The notes below the pieces were generated by a model, which saw only the letters and a list, made by a program, of their open reading frames with translations, did no database searches and had not been told where the DNA came from. 64,000 nucleotides of DNA from Candidatus Poribacteria bacterium (lineage in GTDB: Bacteria; Poribacteria; WGA-4E; GCA-2687025). Shown piece after piece: positions 1 to 9,281 of this stretch. The position numbers and the translations under genes were made by a program. Each line of letters opens with the position of its first letter. Position 1 is the first letter of the stretch. The stretch covers positions 3,886,615 to 3,950,614 of the forward strand of contig OY762492.1 in the NCBI GenBank assembly GCA_963665845.2, written 5' to 3'.

Positions 1-135
1 ACCGCATGGGACGGATCGCATGCCATCTTTGACCATGTCGTGTTCCATCAGGAAGAGGACGACCCGCTCGCCGATCTATCGGTCGATCCGAGAGAGAAAG
101 CGGCGGCCGTCTGGGCGGAGCTGAAGACTCGATAA
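1..135 (+). CDS. 3' end of a gene truncated by the window edge; carries VDPxxKxxxxWAxLK C-terminal motif
   Basis: Frame 1 reads TAWDGSHAIFDHVVFHQEEDDPLADLSVDPREKAAAVWAELKTR* with TAA at 133-135. Confidence 0.8.
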   Translation, partial: TAWDGSHAIFDHVVFHQEEDDPLADLSVDPREKAAAVWAELKTR

Positions 136-144
136 ACTTCAACC

Positions 145-180
145 GAGAGCGGGCAGCTTTGACGGCAGCCCGCTCTCTTA
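145..180 (+). terminator. Probable intrinsic terminator hairpin
   Basis: GAGAGCGGGC...GCCCGCTCTC 10-bp stem 10 nt after the stop; only a short T tail. Confidence 0.6.
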
Positions 181-251
181 ACCTAACCTTATTGAAACAA
201 AAGCAAGCAGCAATATTAAAAGCAAAAAGCAGTTAGAACGGAGCATGTACG

Positions 252-3200
252 ATGTCATGCGTTGATCATTTGTTTTGGAAACGCCGTTTAGGTACCGCCC
301 TTGCCGCCGCCGCGATCCTCTCAACCGCCGTTATGGGCTGGGCGCAGGAGTCGGCAAACGAAGCGCCCGATTTTAACAACGTCATTCGACCGATCCTCTC
401 CGAAAACTGCTTTGTCTGCCATGGTCCGGATGAAACGCAGCGCAAGGCGAATCTGCGTCTCGACCTGAAAGCAGATGTGTTCTCCGACGCGCGCGGCTAC
501 TCGATTGTGACGCCGGGCAAGCCGGACGAAAGCCCGCTTTACACGCGCATCGCCGAAGAAAACGAACATTACCGCATGCCGCCCATCGCCTCCGGGAAAA
601 AGCTGGAGCCTGAGCAGATTGAAGCGATACGCCGATGGATCGAAGCGGGCGCCGAATGGAAAGAGCATTGGGCGTTCATTCCGCCGACGCGCCCCGAACC
701 GCCCGCGGACCTGGGCGACGCGCGCCTTTACAACGCCATTGACGCCTTCATTCAGAAGCGGCTTCAAAAAGAGGGTTTGAGCATGTCGCCCGAAGCGGAT
801 CGGCGCGTTCTGGCGCGGCGCGTCTCGCTTGACCTGACAGGGCTGCCGCCTTCTATTGAGGAGGTGGAGACGTTTCTCGCCGACGAAAACGCCGACGCTT
901 ACGACCGCTATGTGTCGCGGCTCATGGCGAAGCCGGCATACGGCGAACATATGGCGCGCTACTGGCTGGACGCGGCGCGCTACGCCGACACGCACGGCTT
1001 GCATCTCGACAACTACCGCGAAATGTGGCCCTACCGCGACTGGGTCATCAACGCCTTCAACGCGAACATGCCGTTTGACCAGTTCACCATCGAACAGCTG
1101 GCGGGCGACCTCCTGCCGGAGCCGACGCTGCAGCAGCAGATTGCGACCGGCTTCAACCGCTGCAACGTGACAACCAGCGAGGGCGGCTCCATCAACGACG
1201 AGGTTTATGTGCGCTACGCGGTTGACCGCGCCGGCGCCGCTTCGACCGTCTGGATGGGTCTTACGGTCGGATGCGCGCAGTGCCATGACCATAAATACGA
1301 TCCGATTTCCCAGAAAGAGTTTTATCAGCTGTTCGCTTATTTCAACAACGTCGCCGAGCCGGCGATGGACGGAAACCGAAAAGACACCCCGCCCATTGTG
1401 AAGGTGCCGACGGCGGATCAGGACGCGCGGCTCGCCCAGCTGACCGAGCAGATCCAAACGTTCGCGGCGCGTATCAAGGATGAGGCGGTTCCTGAAGTGG
1501 ACGCGGCGCAGGCGGAATGGGAGGCGCGTCAAGCGCGCTGGACGCCGCTGCGCCCGCATGCGTTCACCTCTCAAGGCAAGGCGGCGCTGAAGCTGCTGGA
1601 CGACCATTCGCTGCTCGCAAGCGGCGAGAACCCCGATAAAGAGGTATACGAAGTCGCCGCCGAAATGCCCGCGGGGAGCTTTCACGCGATACGTCTAGAG
1701 GCGATTCCTGACCCGTCGCTGCCGAAGAAAACCTCCGGCAGAAGCGACAACGGCAACAGCGTTCTGACCGGATTTGAGGCGGAGATTGCGACAGCTGAAA
1801 AGCCGGACGAATGGAAGCGCATCGCCTTTTCGGAGGCATGGGCGGATTATGAGCAGGCGCGCGAGTTTGCTGTAGTCAACGCCGTTGACGGCAAGCCTGA
1901 AACGGGCTGGGGGCTTTCAGGCCGGCAGAGCCGCAATGTCCATGCCGTTTTCCTTGCCGACAAGCCGTTTTCGGTCAGCGCGGGGCGCATCCGTTTTCGG
2001 CTGAAGTATGAATCGCCGCATGCGAAGCATCAGCATGGGCGGTTCCGCCTCTCGGTCACCGACGCGCCGTTTTTGGAGCCTGTCGGTTCCTACGCCGTGT
2101 TTGAGGATTGGCATCTGATCGGCCCGTTTGAAGCGGAGAATGCAAGCGCCGCGCTGCGCCGCGCCTTCGCCCTTGAAAACGAAAACGTGAACCTCGGCAA
2201 AAATTACAAGGTGAACGGCAAAGATTACAAGTGGCAAAAAAAGGCGGAATGGGAACATGAGCTGACCGCCGCCGCGTCAGAAAAGCCCGCCGTCTCCTAC
2301 TTCTACCGCAACATCCGTTCGGACGCGAGCCAGCGCGCCGTGATTCAACTGGAAACGGACGGGCATTTCAAGGTTTTCCTGAACCGCGAGGAGCTGTATG
2401 AGTCGCCGTTCGGCTCCGTGTCAACGGCGTCCGTTCACCGATTCCAATTGCCGCTGCGTCCTGGGAACAATCAGCTGGTCGTCAAACATCTCCATACGAA
2501 CGCGGACGCGGTCGTCAAGATCGAGGCGGCGACCGAGGAGCCGATCGTCCCCGCCGAGATTGTGGACGCCATCGCGGTCGCGTCCGCGGAACGGGACGAG
2601 GCGGCGGCGCAGAAAATACAGCGCCACTACCGCGAATTCATCACTAAGGATGAGCAGGTGCGCGGCTGGTTCGCGCAGAGCGCCGACCTTCAAAAACAGA
2701 AAACGGACCTAGAGAACGGCTTTGCGACGACGCTTGTCATGCGCGAATTGGAGAAACCGCGCGGCGCCTATGTGCTGGAACGCGGCGCCTACGACAAGCG
2801 CGGCGAAGAGGTGCAGCCGAACACCCCCGCCGTACTTCCGCCGCTGCCGGACGGCTCCCCGCCGAACCGCATGGGGTTCGCGCAGTGGCTCATGGATCCA
2901 GGGCATCCGCTGACGGCGCGCGTCACGGTGAACCGCATGTGGCAGCAGGTGTTCGGAACCGGCATCGCGCGGACAGCGGAAGATTTTGGCAGCCAAGGCG
3001 AACCGCCGACCCATCCTGAACTGCTTGACTGGCTCGCCATCGAGTTCATCGAATCGGGATGGGATGTGCAGCATATGATGCGGCTGATTGTGTCGTCGGC
3101 GGCGTATCGTCAAAGCTCGCAGGCGACGCCGGAACTGCTGGCGGCCGACCCTGAAAACAGGCTTTACGCGCGCGGTCCCCGCTTCCGTCTGGACGCCGAG

Positions 3201-3827
3201 ACGATACGGGATCAGGCGCTGGCGTTGAGCGGTCTTCTCCATGAACAGCTGGGCGGTCCGAGCGTCAAACCGCCGCAGCCTGCAGGTCTCTGGAAGGCGG
3301 TCGGGTATGTCGGCTCCAACACGGATACGTTTGTCGCCGACAAGGATCCAAGCCAGATCTACAGGCGAAGCCTGTACACGTTCTGGAAACGCACCGCGCC
3401 GCCGCCGCAGATGAACCTGTTCGACGCGCCGTCGCGGGAGGAGTGCGTCGTCCGGCGGGAGCGCACCAACACGCCGATGCAGGCGCTCGCGTTGATGAAC
3501 GACGCGCAGTATTTCACCGCGGCGAAGGCGTTTGCGGCGCGTATGATGAACGGAAACGAGGCGAACAGCGACGCCGAACGTCTGCGGCGCGGGTTCTTGA
3601 CGGCTGCAGCCCGTCCGCCGTCTGAACAGGAGGCGGCGATCCTGCTGGAGACGCTGGAGGCGCAGCGGGTCGAGTTTCAAGCGGACATCGAATCTGCCGC
3701 CAAGATTGTCGGACCCATCCCGGAAGGCGAGGCGCAAATGTCAGACGAAGAGCAAGTTGAGCTTGCCGCGTGGACGATGCTCGCCAACCTGATCATGAAC
3801 CTGGACGAGATTTTAAACAAAGGATAA
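252..3827 (+). CDS. Planctomycete-type cytochrome c / DUF1549 / DUF1553 (PSCyt1-PSCyt2-PSD1) protein
   Basis: Signal peptide, CFVCHG and CAQCHDHKYDP heme-binding motifs, WLDAARYADT, HPLTARVTVNRMW, HPELLDWLA, TNTPMQALALMN; a beta-rich insert in the middle. Confidence 0.93.
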   Translation: MSCVDHLFWKRRLGTALAAAAILSTAVMGWAQESANEAPDFNNVIRPILSENCFVCHGPDETQRKANLRLDLKADVFSDARGYSIVTPGKPDESPLYTRIAEENEHYRMPPIASGKKLEPEQIEAIRRWIEAGAEWKEHWAFIPPTRPEPPADLGDARLYNAIDAFIQKRLQKEGLSMSPEADRRVLARRVSLDLTGLPPSIEEVETFLADENADAYDRYVSRLMAKPAYGEHMARYWLDAARYADTHGLHLDNYREMWPYRDWVINAFNANMPFDQFTIEQLAGDLLPEPTLQQQIATGFNRCNVTTSEGGSINDEVYVRYAVDRAGAASTVWMGLTVGCAQCHDHKYDPISQKEFYQLFAYFNNVAEPAMDGNRKDTPPIVKVPTADQDARLAQLTEQIQTFAARIKDEAVPEVDAAQAEWEARQARWTPLRPHAFTSQGKAALKLLDDHSLLASGENPDKEVYEVAAEMPAGSFHAIRLEAIPDPSLPKKTSGRSDNGNSVLTGFEAEIATAEKPDEWKRIAFSEAWADYEQAREFAVVNAVDGKPETGWGLSGRQSRNVHAVFLADKPFSVSAGRIRFRLKYESPHAKHQHGRFRLSVTDAPFLEPVGSYAVFEDWHLIGPFEAENASAALRRAFALENENVNLGKNYKVNGKDYKWQKKAEWEHELTAAASEKPAVSYFYRNIRSDASQRAVIQLETDGHFKVFLNREELYESPFGSVSTASVHRFQLPLRPGNNQLVVKHLHTNADAVVKIEAATEEPIVPAEIVDAIAVASAERDEAAAQKIQRHYREFITKDEQVRGWFAQSADLQKQKTDLENGFATTLVMRELEKPRGAYVLERGAYDKRGEEVQPNTPAVLPPLPDGSPPNRMGFAQWLMDPGHPLTARVTVNRMWQQVFGTGIARTAEDFGSQGEPPTHPELLDWLAIEFIESGWDVQHMMRLIVSSAAYRQSSQATPELLAADPENRLYARGPRFRLDAETIRDQALALSGLLHEQLGGPSVKPPQPAGLWKAVGYVGSNTDTFVADKDPSQIYRRSLYTFWKRTAPPPQMNLFDAPSREECVVRRERTNTPMQALALMNDAQYFTAAKAFAARMMNGNEANSDAERLRRGFLTAAARPPSEQEAAILLETLEAQRVEFQADIESAAKIVGPIPEGEAQMSDEEQVELAAWTMLANLIMNLDEILNKG

Positions 3828-3846
3828 GAGAATGAACGCGATCAAA
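3804..3846 (+). repeat. Left copy of degenerate 43-bp direct repeat bracketing the array
   Basis: gacgagattttaaacaaaggataagagaatgaacgcgatcaaa; 34/43 identical, ungapped, to 26099-26141. Confidence 0.8.
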
Positions 3847-6552
3847 ACGCCCCAATGGACGACTCGAAACCGCAAAGGGATTCGTATGAAAAAGACCGCC
3901 TCTCTGCTTCGCATGTTCGCGTTGGCCGTCTGCCTCCACGCCGTTCTTCTGACGGGCGCCGCCGCTCAAGTCGGCGATGGACCCAGCGTCGGATCGGTCA
4001 GTGACGACTACACCTTTGAAACGATCGATGTTCCGGGCGTGGATTTCTTGTCGCTGACAGCGAGCAGCGATTTTGAAGATTACGCCGGCTACACGCTCAA
4101 CGCGGACGGCAAAGAGGTCGGGTTCACGCTCATCAAGGGCGTCTTCAAGACATACGATTTCCCCGGCTCGAAGAAAACCCGTTTCTTTGCGTTCGGCAAC
4201 AACGGAAACGCCGCCGGCTACTACGAGGACAGCGAAGGCCGTCACCGCGGCGTCGTCTTGGAGAACGGCGAGATGCGGACATACGATTTTCCAAATTCCG
4301 TTGAAACGGAGATATACGGCATCAGCGACGCGACGGGGGTTATGACCGGCAACTGGACAGACGCTTCCGGCGTTCGCCGCGGATTTACAGGGGACACGGT
4401 CCTTGAGTTCCCTGGGGCGACAGCGACATTCGTCGATTTTGTCAATTCTGAAGGCAATTTGTTCGCCAGCTACATAGACACGGACGGGGTGTTTCAAGAA
4501 TTCGCATACTCCTCTGACGGCAGGTATATTGCGTTCGATCTCGCAAACGCAGAAAACCTCGAATTCTTTTATGTGCATGGCTATAACGATGCAAAAGTAA
4601 GGGTCGCGCGGGGCAAAGCGTTCGGCGATGTCGTACGCACTTACATTGGCACCTTTGTGGACGGTCTGCGCGAATTGAAGGTTCCGGACAGCGTCAGCAC
4701 GGAGGGCTGGAACATCAATCAGGACGGCTCTGTTGTCGGGTACTACGACACAGCAGATGGACGCCGACACGGGTTTAATGCCAAACCCGTTGAAGCCGTT
4801 GATGAGCCTGTTTTTCAAGCCGACGGCTTCAACTACACTTATGAGAATATTGATGTCCCGGGCGTCGATTATTTAGCGTTGACCGCAAGCAGCGACTTTG
4901 GGGATTACGCCGGCTACACGAAAAACGCCGACGGAAAAGAGGTTGCCTTCACGCTCATCAACGGCGTCTTCAAAACGTACGATTTTCCCGGTTCGCGGAA
5001 CACGTATTTCTACGCCCTCGGCAATAACGGCGACGCCGCCGGATACTACGAGGACAGCGAGGGCCGCCACCGCGGCATCGTCTTAGAGAACGGCCAACTG
5101 CGCCCATACGATTTTCCTGGCTCCGTTGAAACAGAAATATTCGGCATTTCGGACGCGACGGGAAATCTGACGGGAAATTGGACAGACGCTTCCGGCATTC
5201 GGCGCGGATTCACAGGGGACCTCGTCGTTGAGTACCCGGGAGCAGTGGAAACATTCGCCGACTTCATCAATTCGTCGGGCGGCATGGTCGGCAGCTACGT
5301 AGATGAGAACGGCGCCTACACGCCGTACCTACGCGCTGCGGACGGCAGGTTTGTATCGTTCACCCTTCCAACCGATGAAACGTATGAATTCTTTTTTGTG
5401 CATGGTCAAACCGACACAAAGATTTCCGTTGCGCGAGGCAAAGTGGTCGGCGAGGTTCCCCGAACCTATGTCGGTTCATTCCTTGGCGGGCTTCATGAAT
5501 TGAAAGTTCCGGGCAGCGTTTCAACGGAGGGCTACAATATCAATCAGGACGCTTCGGTCGTCGGAAATTATCTTTCAGCGGACGGACGCCGGCACGGCTT
5601 TATTGCCAGACTCGATACCGAGGAAGTGAGCGGCGCTTTCAGCAACGCCTACACCGTCACATTGACAAAAGGTCTCAACATGATCTCGGTACCGCTGAAG
5701 CCGTCAACGCCCATGAACGCAAAGGCGCTCGCAGGGCTGGCAGGGTCGACAACCGTCATCAAACTGGACGAGGCGAAACAGCGTTTCGTCGGATGGACGC
5801 CTGCAGCCCCGAACGGCGGCTTCGACATCGAAGGCGGCAAGGGGTATATCGTCAATGTGCCGACAGCGCGCCGCTTTGCCTTCGTCGGCGCGGCATGGAC
5901 AGACCCTGCCGACACAGCCCAGGGCGCGCCGCCCCTCTTCACAGAGACGCCCCAGGAAACATGGGCGTTCGTTGTGAGCGGGCATCTGAAAGGCAAGCGC
6001 GCGTCGGACGGGTATCAGGTCATCGTCCGCAACCGCAGAACGAACGAAACGATCACGGCGCCTGTGCTGGACGGTTACTTTGCCGCGGCGACAGCCGACC
6101 TGTCCCGCCGAAGCGTTGTGGAAGCTGGAGACGCGATGGAGCTGCGCGTCGTCGGTCCGGACGGCAATATCGAATCGCAAACCTTCCGCTTTGACGTGAC
6201 TTCAGAGCATCTTGCCAACGCGGTTCTGTCGGTCAGGCTGTATGGAATCGGCATGCCTTCGCAAAGTCGGCTGCTGCAGAATTACCCGAACCCGTTCAAC
6301 CCAGAAACCTGGATTCCGTATCAGCTCGCCGAAGACAGCGAGGTCTCGATTGAGATTTACGATGCATCGGGCAGGCTGATTCGCTCCCTCTCGCTCGGCT
6401 ATCAGTCCGCGGGCTTTTACAACAGCCGCGGCAGAGCCGCTTACTGGGACGGACGCAACGCGGTCGGAGAGCAGGTTGCCAGCGGCGTCTATTTTTACCA
6501 GCTGAAAACGCCCACATTCCGCCAAACGCGGCGGCTTCTGATTTTGAAATGA
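3832..6552 (+). CDS. Array paralog 1: secreted protein, 2 propeller-like modules + conserved tail with FlgD-Ig/T9SS type-A-like domain
   Basis: Signal peptide (likely start MKKTAS at 3886 after AAAGGGA); 2x YT[FY]ExIDVPG...RHGF module; tail LLQNYPNPFNPETWIPYQL...SGVYFY...LLILK. Confidence 0.9.
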   Translation: MNAIKTPQWTTRNRKGIRMKKTASLLRMFALAVCLHAVLLTGAAAQVGDGPSVGSVSDDYTFETIDVPGVDFLSLTASSDFEDYAGYTLNADGKEVGFTLIKGVFKTYDFPGSKKTRFFAFGNNGNAAGYYEDSEGRHRGVVLENGEMRTYDFPNSVETEIYGISDATGVMTGNWTDASGVRRGFTGDTVLEFPGATATFVDFVNSEGNLFASYIDTDGVFQEFAYSSDGRYIAFDLANAENLEFFYVHGYNDAKVRVARGKAFGDVVRTYIGTFVDGLRELKVPDSVSTEGWNINQDGSVVGYYDTADGRRHGFNAKPVEAVDEPVFQADGFNYTYENIDVPGVDYLALTASSDFGDYAGYTKNADGKEVAFTLINGVFKTYDFPGSRNTYFYALGNNGDAAGYYEDSEGRHRGIVLENGQLRPYDFPGSVETEIFGISDATGNLTGNWTDASGIRRGFTGDLVVEYPGAVETFADFINSSGGMVGSYVDENGAYTPYLRAADGRFVSFTLPTDETYEFFFVHGQTDTKISVARGKVVGEVPRTYVGSFLGGLHELKVPGSVSTEGYNINQDASVVGNYLSADGRRHGFIARLDTEEVSGAFSNAYTVTLTKGLNMISVPLKPSTPMNAKALAGLAGSTTVIKLDEAKQRFVGWTPAAPNGGFDIEGGKGYIVNVPTARRFAFVGAAWTDPADTAQGAPPLFTETPQETWAFVVSGHLKGKRASDGYQVIVRNRRTNETITAPVLDGYFAAATADLSRRSVVEAGDAMELRVVGPDGNIESQTFRFDVTSEHLANAVLSVRLYGIGMPSQSRLLQNYPNPFNPETWIPYQLAEDSEVSIEIYDASGRLIRSLSLGYQSAGFYNSRGRAAYWDGRNAVGEQVASGVYFYQLKTPTFRQTRRLLILK

Positions 6553-6559
6553 AAACTGA

Positions 6560-9274
6560 ATGGCGAAAGGCAAACGCATGAACTTGATCAAAACGCGCCG
6601 CCAATGGACGACTCGAAACCGCAAAGGGATTCGCATGAAAAAGACCGCCTCTCTGCTTCACATGTTCGCGCTTCTCGTCTGCTCCAGCTTCGTTCTTCTG
6701 ACAGGCGCCTCCGCGCAAGAAAACGCCGGCGACAACTACACCTTTGAGACAATCGACGTTCCGGGCGTCGATTTCTTGTCCCTGACCGCAAGCAGCGACT
6801 TTGAAGATTACGCCGGTTACACGCTCAACGCAGACGGCAAAGAGGTCGCTTTCACGCTCATTGACGGCGTCTTCGAAACGTACGATTTCCCCGGCTCGCA
6901 GAAAACCCGTTTCTATGCCTTCGGCAATGACGGCCGCGCCGCGGGATACTACGAGGATGGCGAGGGGCTGTCCCGCGGCATCGTCTTAGAAAACGGCGAA
7001 CTGCGGCAATACGATTTTCCAAACTCGGTCCAGACGGAGATCTACGGCATCAGCGATGCAACGGGGGTATTGACAGGGAATTTTATAGACGCTTCAGGCG
7101 TTCGCCGCGGGTTCTCAGGCAACACAATCATTGAAGTCCCCGAGGCATTGGAAACATATGCCGAATTTGTGATAGGGAGCTATGTCCTCGGCAGCTACAT
7201 AGACGCTGCAGGCGTATACCGTGGATACACGTTTGCGCCAGATGGTCGTTTTTCATTTCTCGACCTTCCGGATGCGGCAACTTTGGACTACTTCTTTGTG
7301 CATGGCGCAAACGCCTCTAGGATTGCCGTTATCACCGCCAAAGCCGTAGGGGATGTCCCACGCACCTACGTCGGCACATTCTACAATTTGCAGGAGTTGC
7401 AGTTTCCGGGCAGCGCGATCACCCAAGGCTACAATATCAATCGGGACGGTTCCGTTGTCGGACACTACGATTCAGCGGACGGCAAACGGCATGGCTTCAT
7501 CGCCAAGCCCATTGATGGCGACGAGCCGCCCGTTTCCATACCCTCCGAATTTCACTACGTTTTTGAGAGCATTGATGTTCCCGGCGTGGAGTATCTGGAG
7601 TTGACTGCAAGCAGCGACTTTGGCGATTACGCCGGCAATACGAAAAGCGCCGATGGCAAAAAGACGGTCGCCTTCACTCTCATCAATGGCGTTTTTAAGA
7701 CCCACGATGTTCCCGGTTCGCAGAACACGTATTTCTACGCCCTCGGCAATAACGGCGATGCTGCCGGGCATTACGAGGACAGCGAGGGGCTTCACCGCGG
7801 CATCGTCTTAAAAAACGGCGAACTGCGCCCATACGATTTTCCTGGCTCCGTTGAAACAGAGATATACGGCATTTCGGATGCGACGGGAAATCTGACGGGC
7901 AACTGGACAGACGCTGACGGCGTCCGCCGCGGATTCACAGGGGACATCGTCGTTGAAGTCCCCGGAGCATTGGAAACGTATACCGATTTTGTGAACGCAG
8001 AGGGGAGTATGGTCGGCAGTTATGTAGACGCTGAAGGCGCCTACCATGCATATCTGCGCGCCCCGGACAGCAGGTTTGGTTCGCTCACACTTTCAGGCGC
8101 GCCTACGCTGGAATACTTTTTTGTGCATGGCGTCACCGATACAAGGATTGCCGTTGCCCGCGCTAAAGCCGTGGGGGATGTCCCGCGCACCTACGTCGGC
8201 ACCATCTATGAAATGTATGAGCTGCGGTTCCCGGGCAGCGTCAGCACGGAGGGGTACAATATCAATCAGGACGGCTCCGTCGTCGGCAACTATGCTTCAG
8301 CGGACGGGCGCAGGCACGGGTTCATCGCCAGACCTGCCGACGAGGAGGTGAGCGATCGTTTTGGCAACGCCTACACCGTCACATTGACAAAAGGTCTCAA
8401 CATGATCTCGGTTCCGTTGAAACCGTCAACGCCCATGAACGCAAAGGCGCTCGCCGGGCTGGCAGGATCGACAACCGTCATCAAACTGGACGAGGCGAAG
8501 CAGCGTTTCGTCGGATGGACGCCTGCAGCCCCGAACGGCGGCTTCGACATCGAAGGCGGCAAGGGGTATATCGTCAATGTGCCGACAGCGCGCCATTTTG
8601 CCTTCGTCGGCGCGGCATGGACAGACCCTGTCGAGACAGCCCAGGGCGCGCCGCCCCTCTTCACAGAGACGCCCCAAGAAACATGGGCGTTCGTTGTGAG
8701 CGGGCATCTGAAAGGCAAGCGCGCGTCGGACGGGTATCAGGTCATCGTCCGCAACCGCAGAACGAACGAAACGATCGCGGCGCCTGTGCAGGACGGTTAC
8801 TTCGCCGCCGCGACGGCTGATCTGTCCCGCCGAAGCGTTGTTGAAATCGGCGACTCGATGGAGCTGCGCGTCGTCGGTCCGGACGGCAATATCGAATCGC
8901 AAACCTTCCGCTTTGACGTGACTTCAGAGCATCTTGCCAACGCGGTTCTGTCGGTCAGGCTGTATGGAATCGGCATGCCTTCGCAAAGTCGGCTGCTGCA
9001 GAATTATCCGAACCCGTTCAACCCTGAAACGTGGATTCCGTACCAGCTCGCCGAGGACAGCGAGGTCTCGATTGCGATCTACGACGCTTCAGGCAGGCTG
9101 ATTCGCTCCCTCTCGCTCGGCTATCAGTCCGCGGGCTTTTACAACAGCCGCGGCAGAGCCGCTTACTGGGACGGACGCAACGCGGTCGGAGAGCAGGTTG
9201 CCAGCGGCGTCTACTTTTACCAGCTGAAGACGCCCACATTCCGCCAAACGCGGCGGCTTCTGATTTTGAAATGA
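6560..9274 (+). CDS. Array paralog 2: secreted protein, 2 modules + FlgD/T9SS-like tail
   Basis: Same architecture; tail nearly identical in DNA to paralog 1. Confidence 0.9.
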   Translation: MAKGKRMNLIKTRRQWTTRNRKGIRMKKTASLLHMFALLVCSSFVLLTGASAQENAGDNYTFETIDVPGVDFLSLTASSDFEDYAGYTLNADGKEVAFTLIDGVFETYDFPGSQKTRFYAFGNDGRAAGYYEDGEGLSRGIVLENGELRQYDFPNSVQTEIYGISDATGVLTGNFIDASGVRRGFSGNTIIEVPEALETYAEFVIGSYVLGSYIDAAGVYRGYTFAPDGRFSFLDLPDAATLDYFFVHGANASRIAVITAKAVGDVPRTYVGTFYNLQELQFPGSAITQGYNINRDGSVVGHYDSADGKRHGFIAKPIDGDEPPVSIPSEFHYVFESIDVPGVEYLELTASSDFGDYAGNTKSADGKKTVAFTLINGVFKTHDVPGSQNTYFYALGNNGDAAGHYEDSEGLHRGIVLKNGELRPYDFPGSVETEIYGISDATGNLTGNWTDADGVRRGFTGDIVVEVPGALETYTDFVNAEGSMVGSYVDAEGAYHAYLRAPDSRFGSLTLSGAPTLEYFFVHGVTDTRIAVARAKAVGDVPRTYVGTIYEMYELRFPGSVSTEGYNINQDGSVVGNYASADGRRHGFIARPADEEVSDRFGNAYTVTLTKGLNMISVPLKPSTPMNAKALAGLAGSTTVIKLDEAKQRFVGWTPAAPNGGFDIEGGKGYIVNVPTARHFAFVGAAWTDPVETAQGAPPLFTETPQETWAFVVSGHLKGKRASDGYQVIVRNRRTNETIAAPVQDGYFAAATADLSRRSVVEIGDSMELRVVGPDGNIESQTFRFDVTSEHLANAVLSVRLYGIGMPSQSRLLQNYPNPFNPETWIPYQLAEDSEVSIAIYDASGRLIRSLSLGYQSAGFYNSRGRAAYWDGRNAVGEQVASGVYFYQLKTPTFRQTRRLLILK

Positions 9275-9281
9275 AAACTGA

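Noticed and set aside
196-232. AAAAGCA repeats upstream of the DUF1553 gene as an operator
   Set aside because: Low-complexity A-rich sequence; insufficient support
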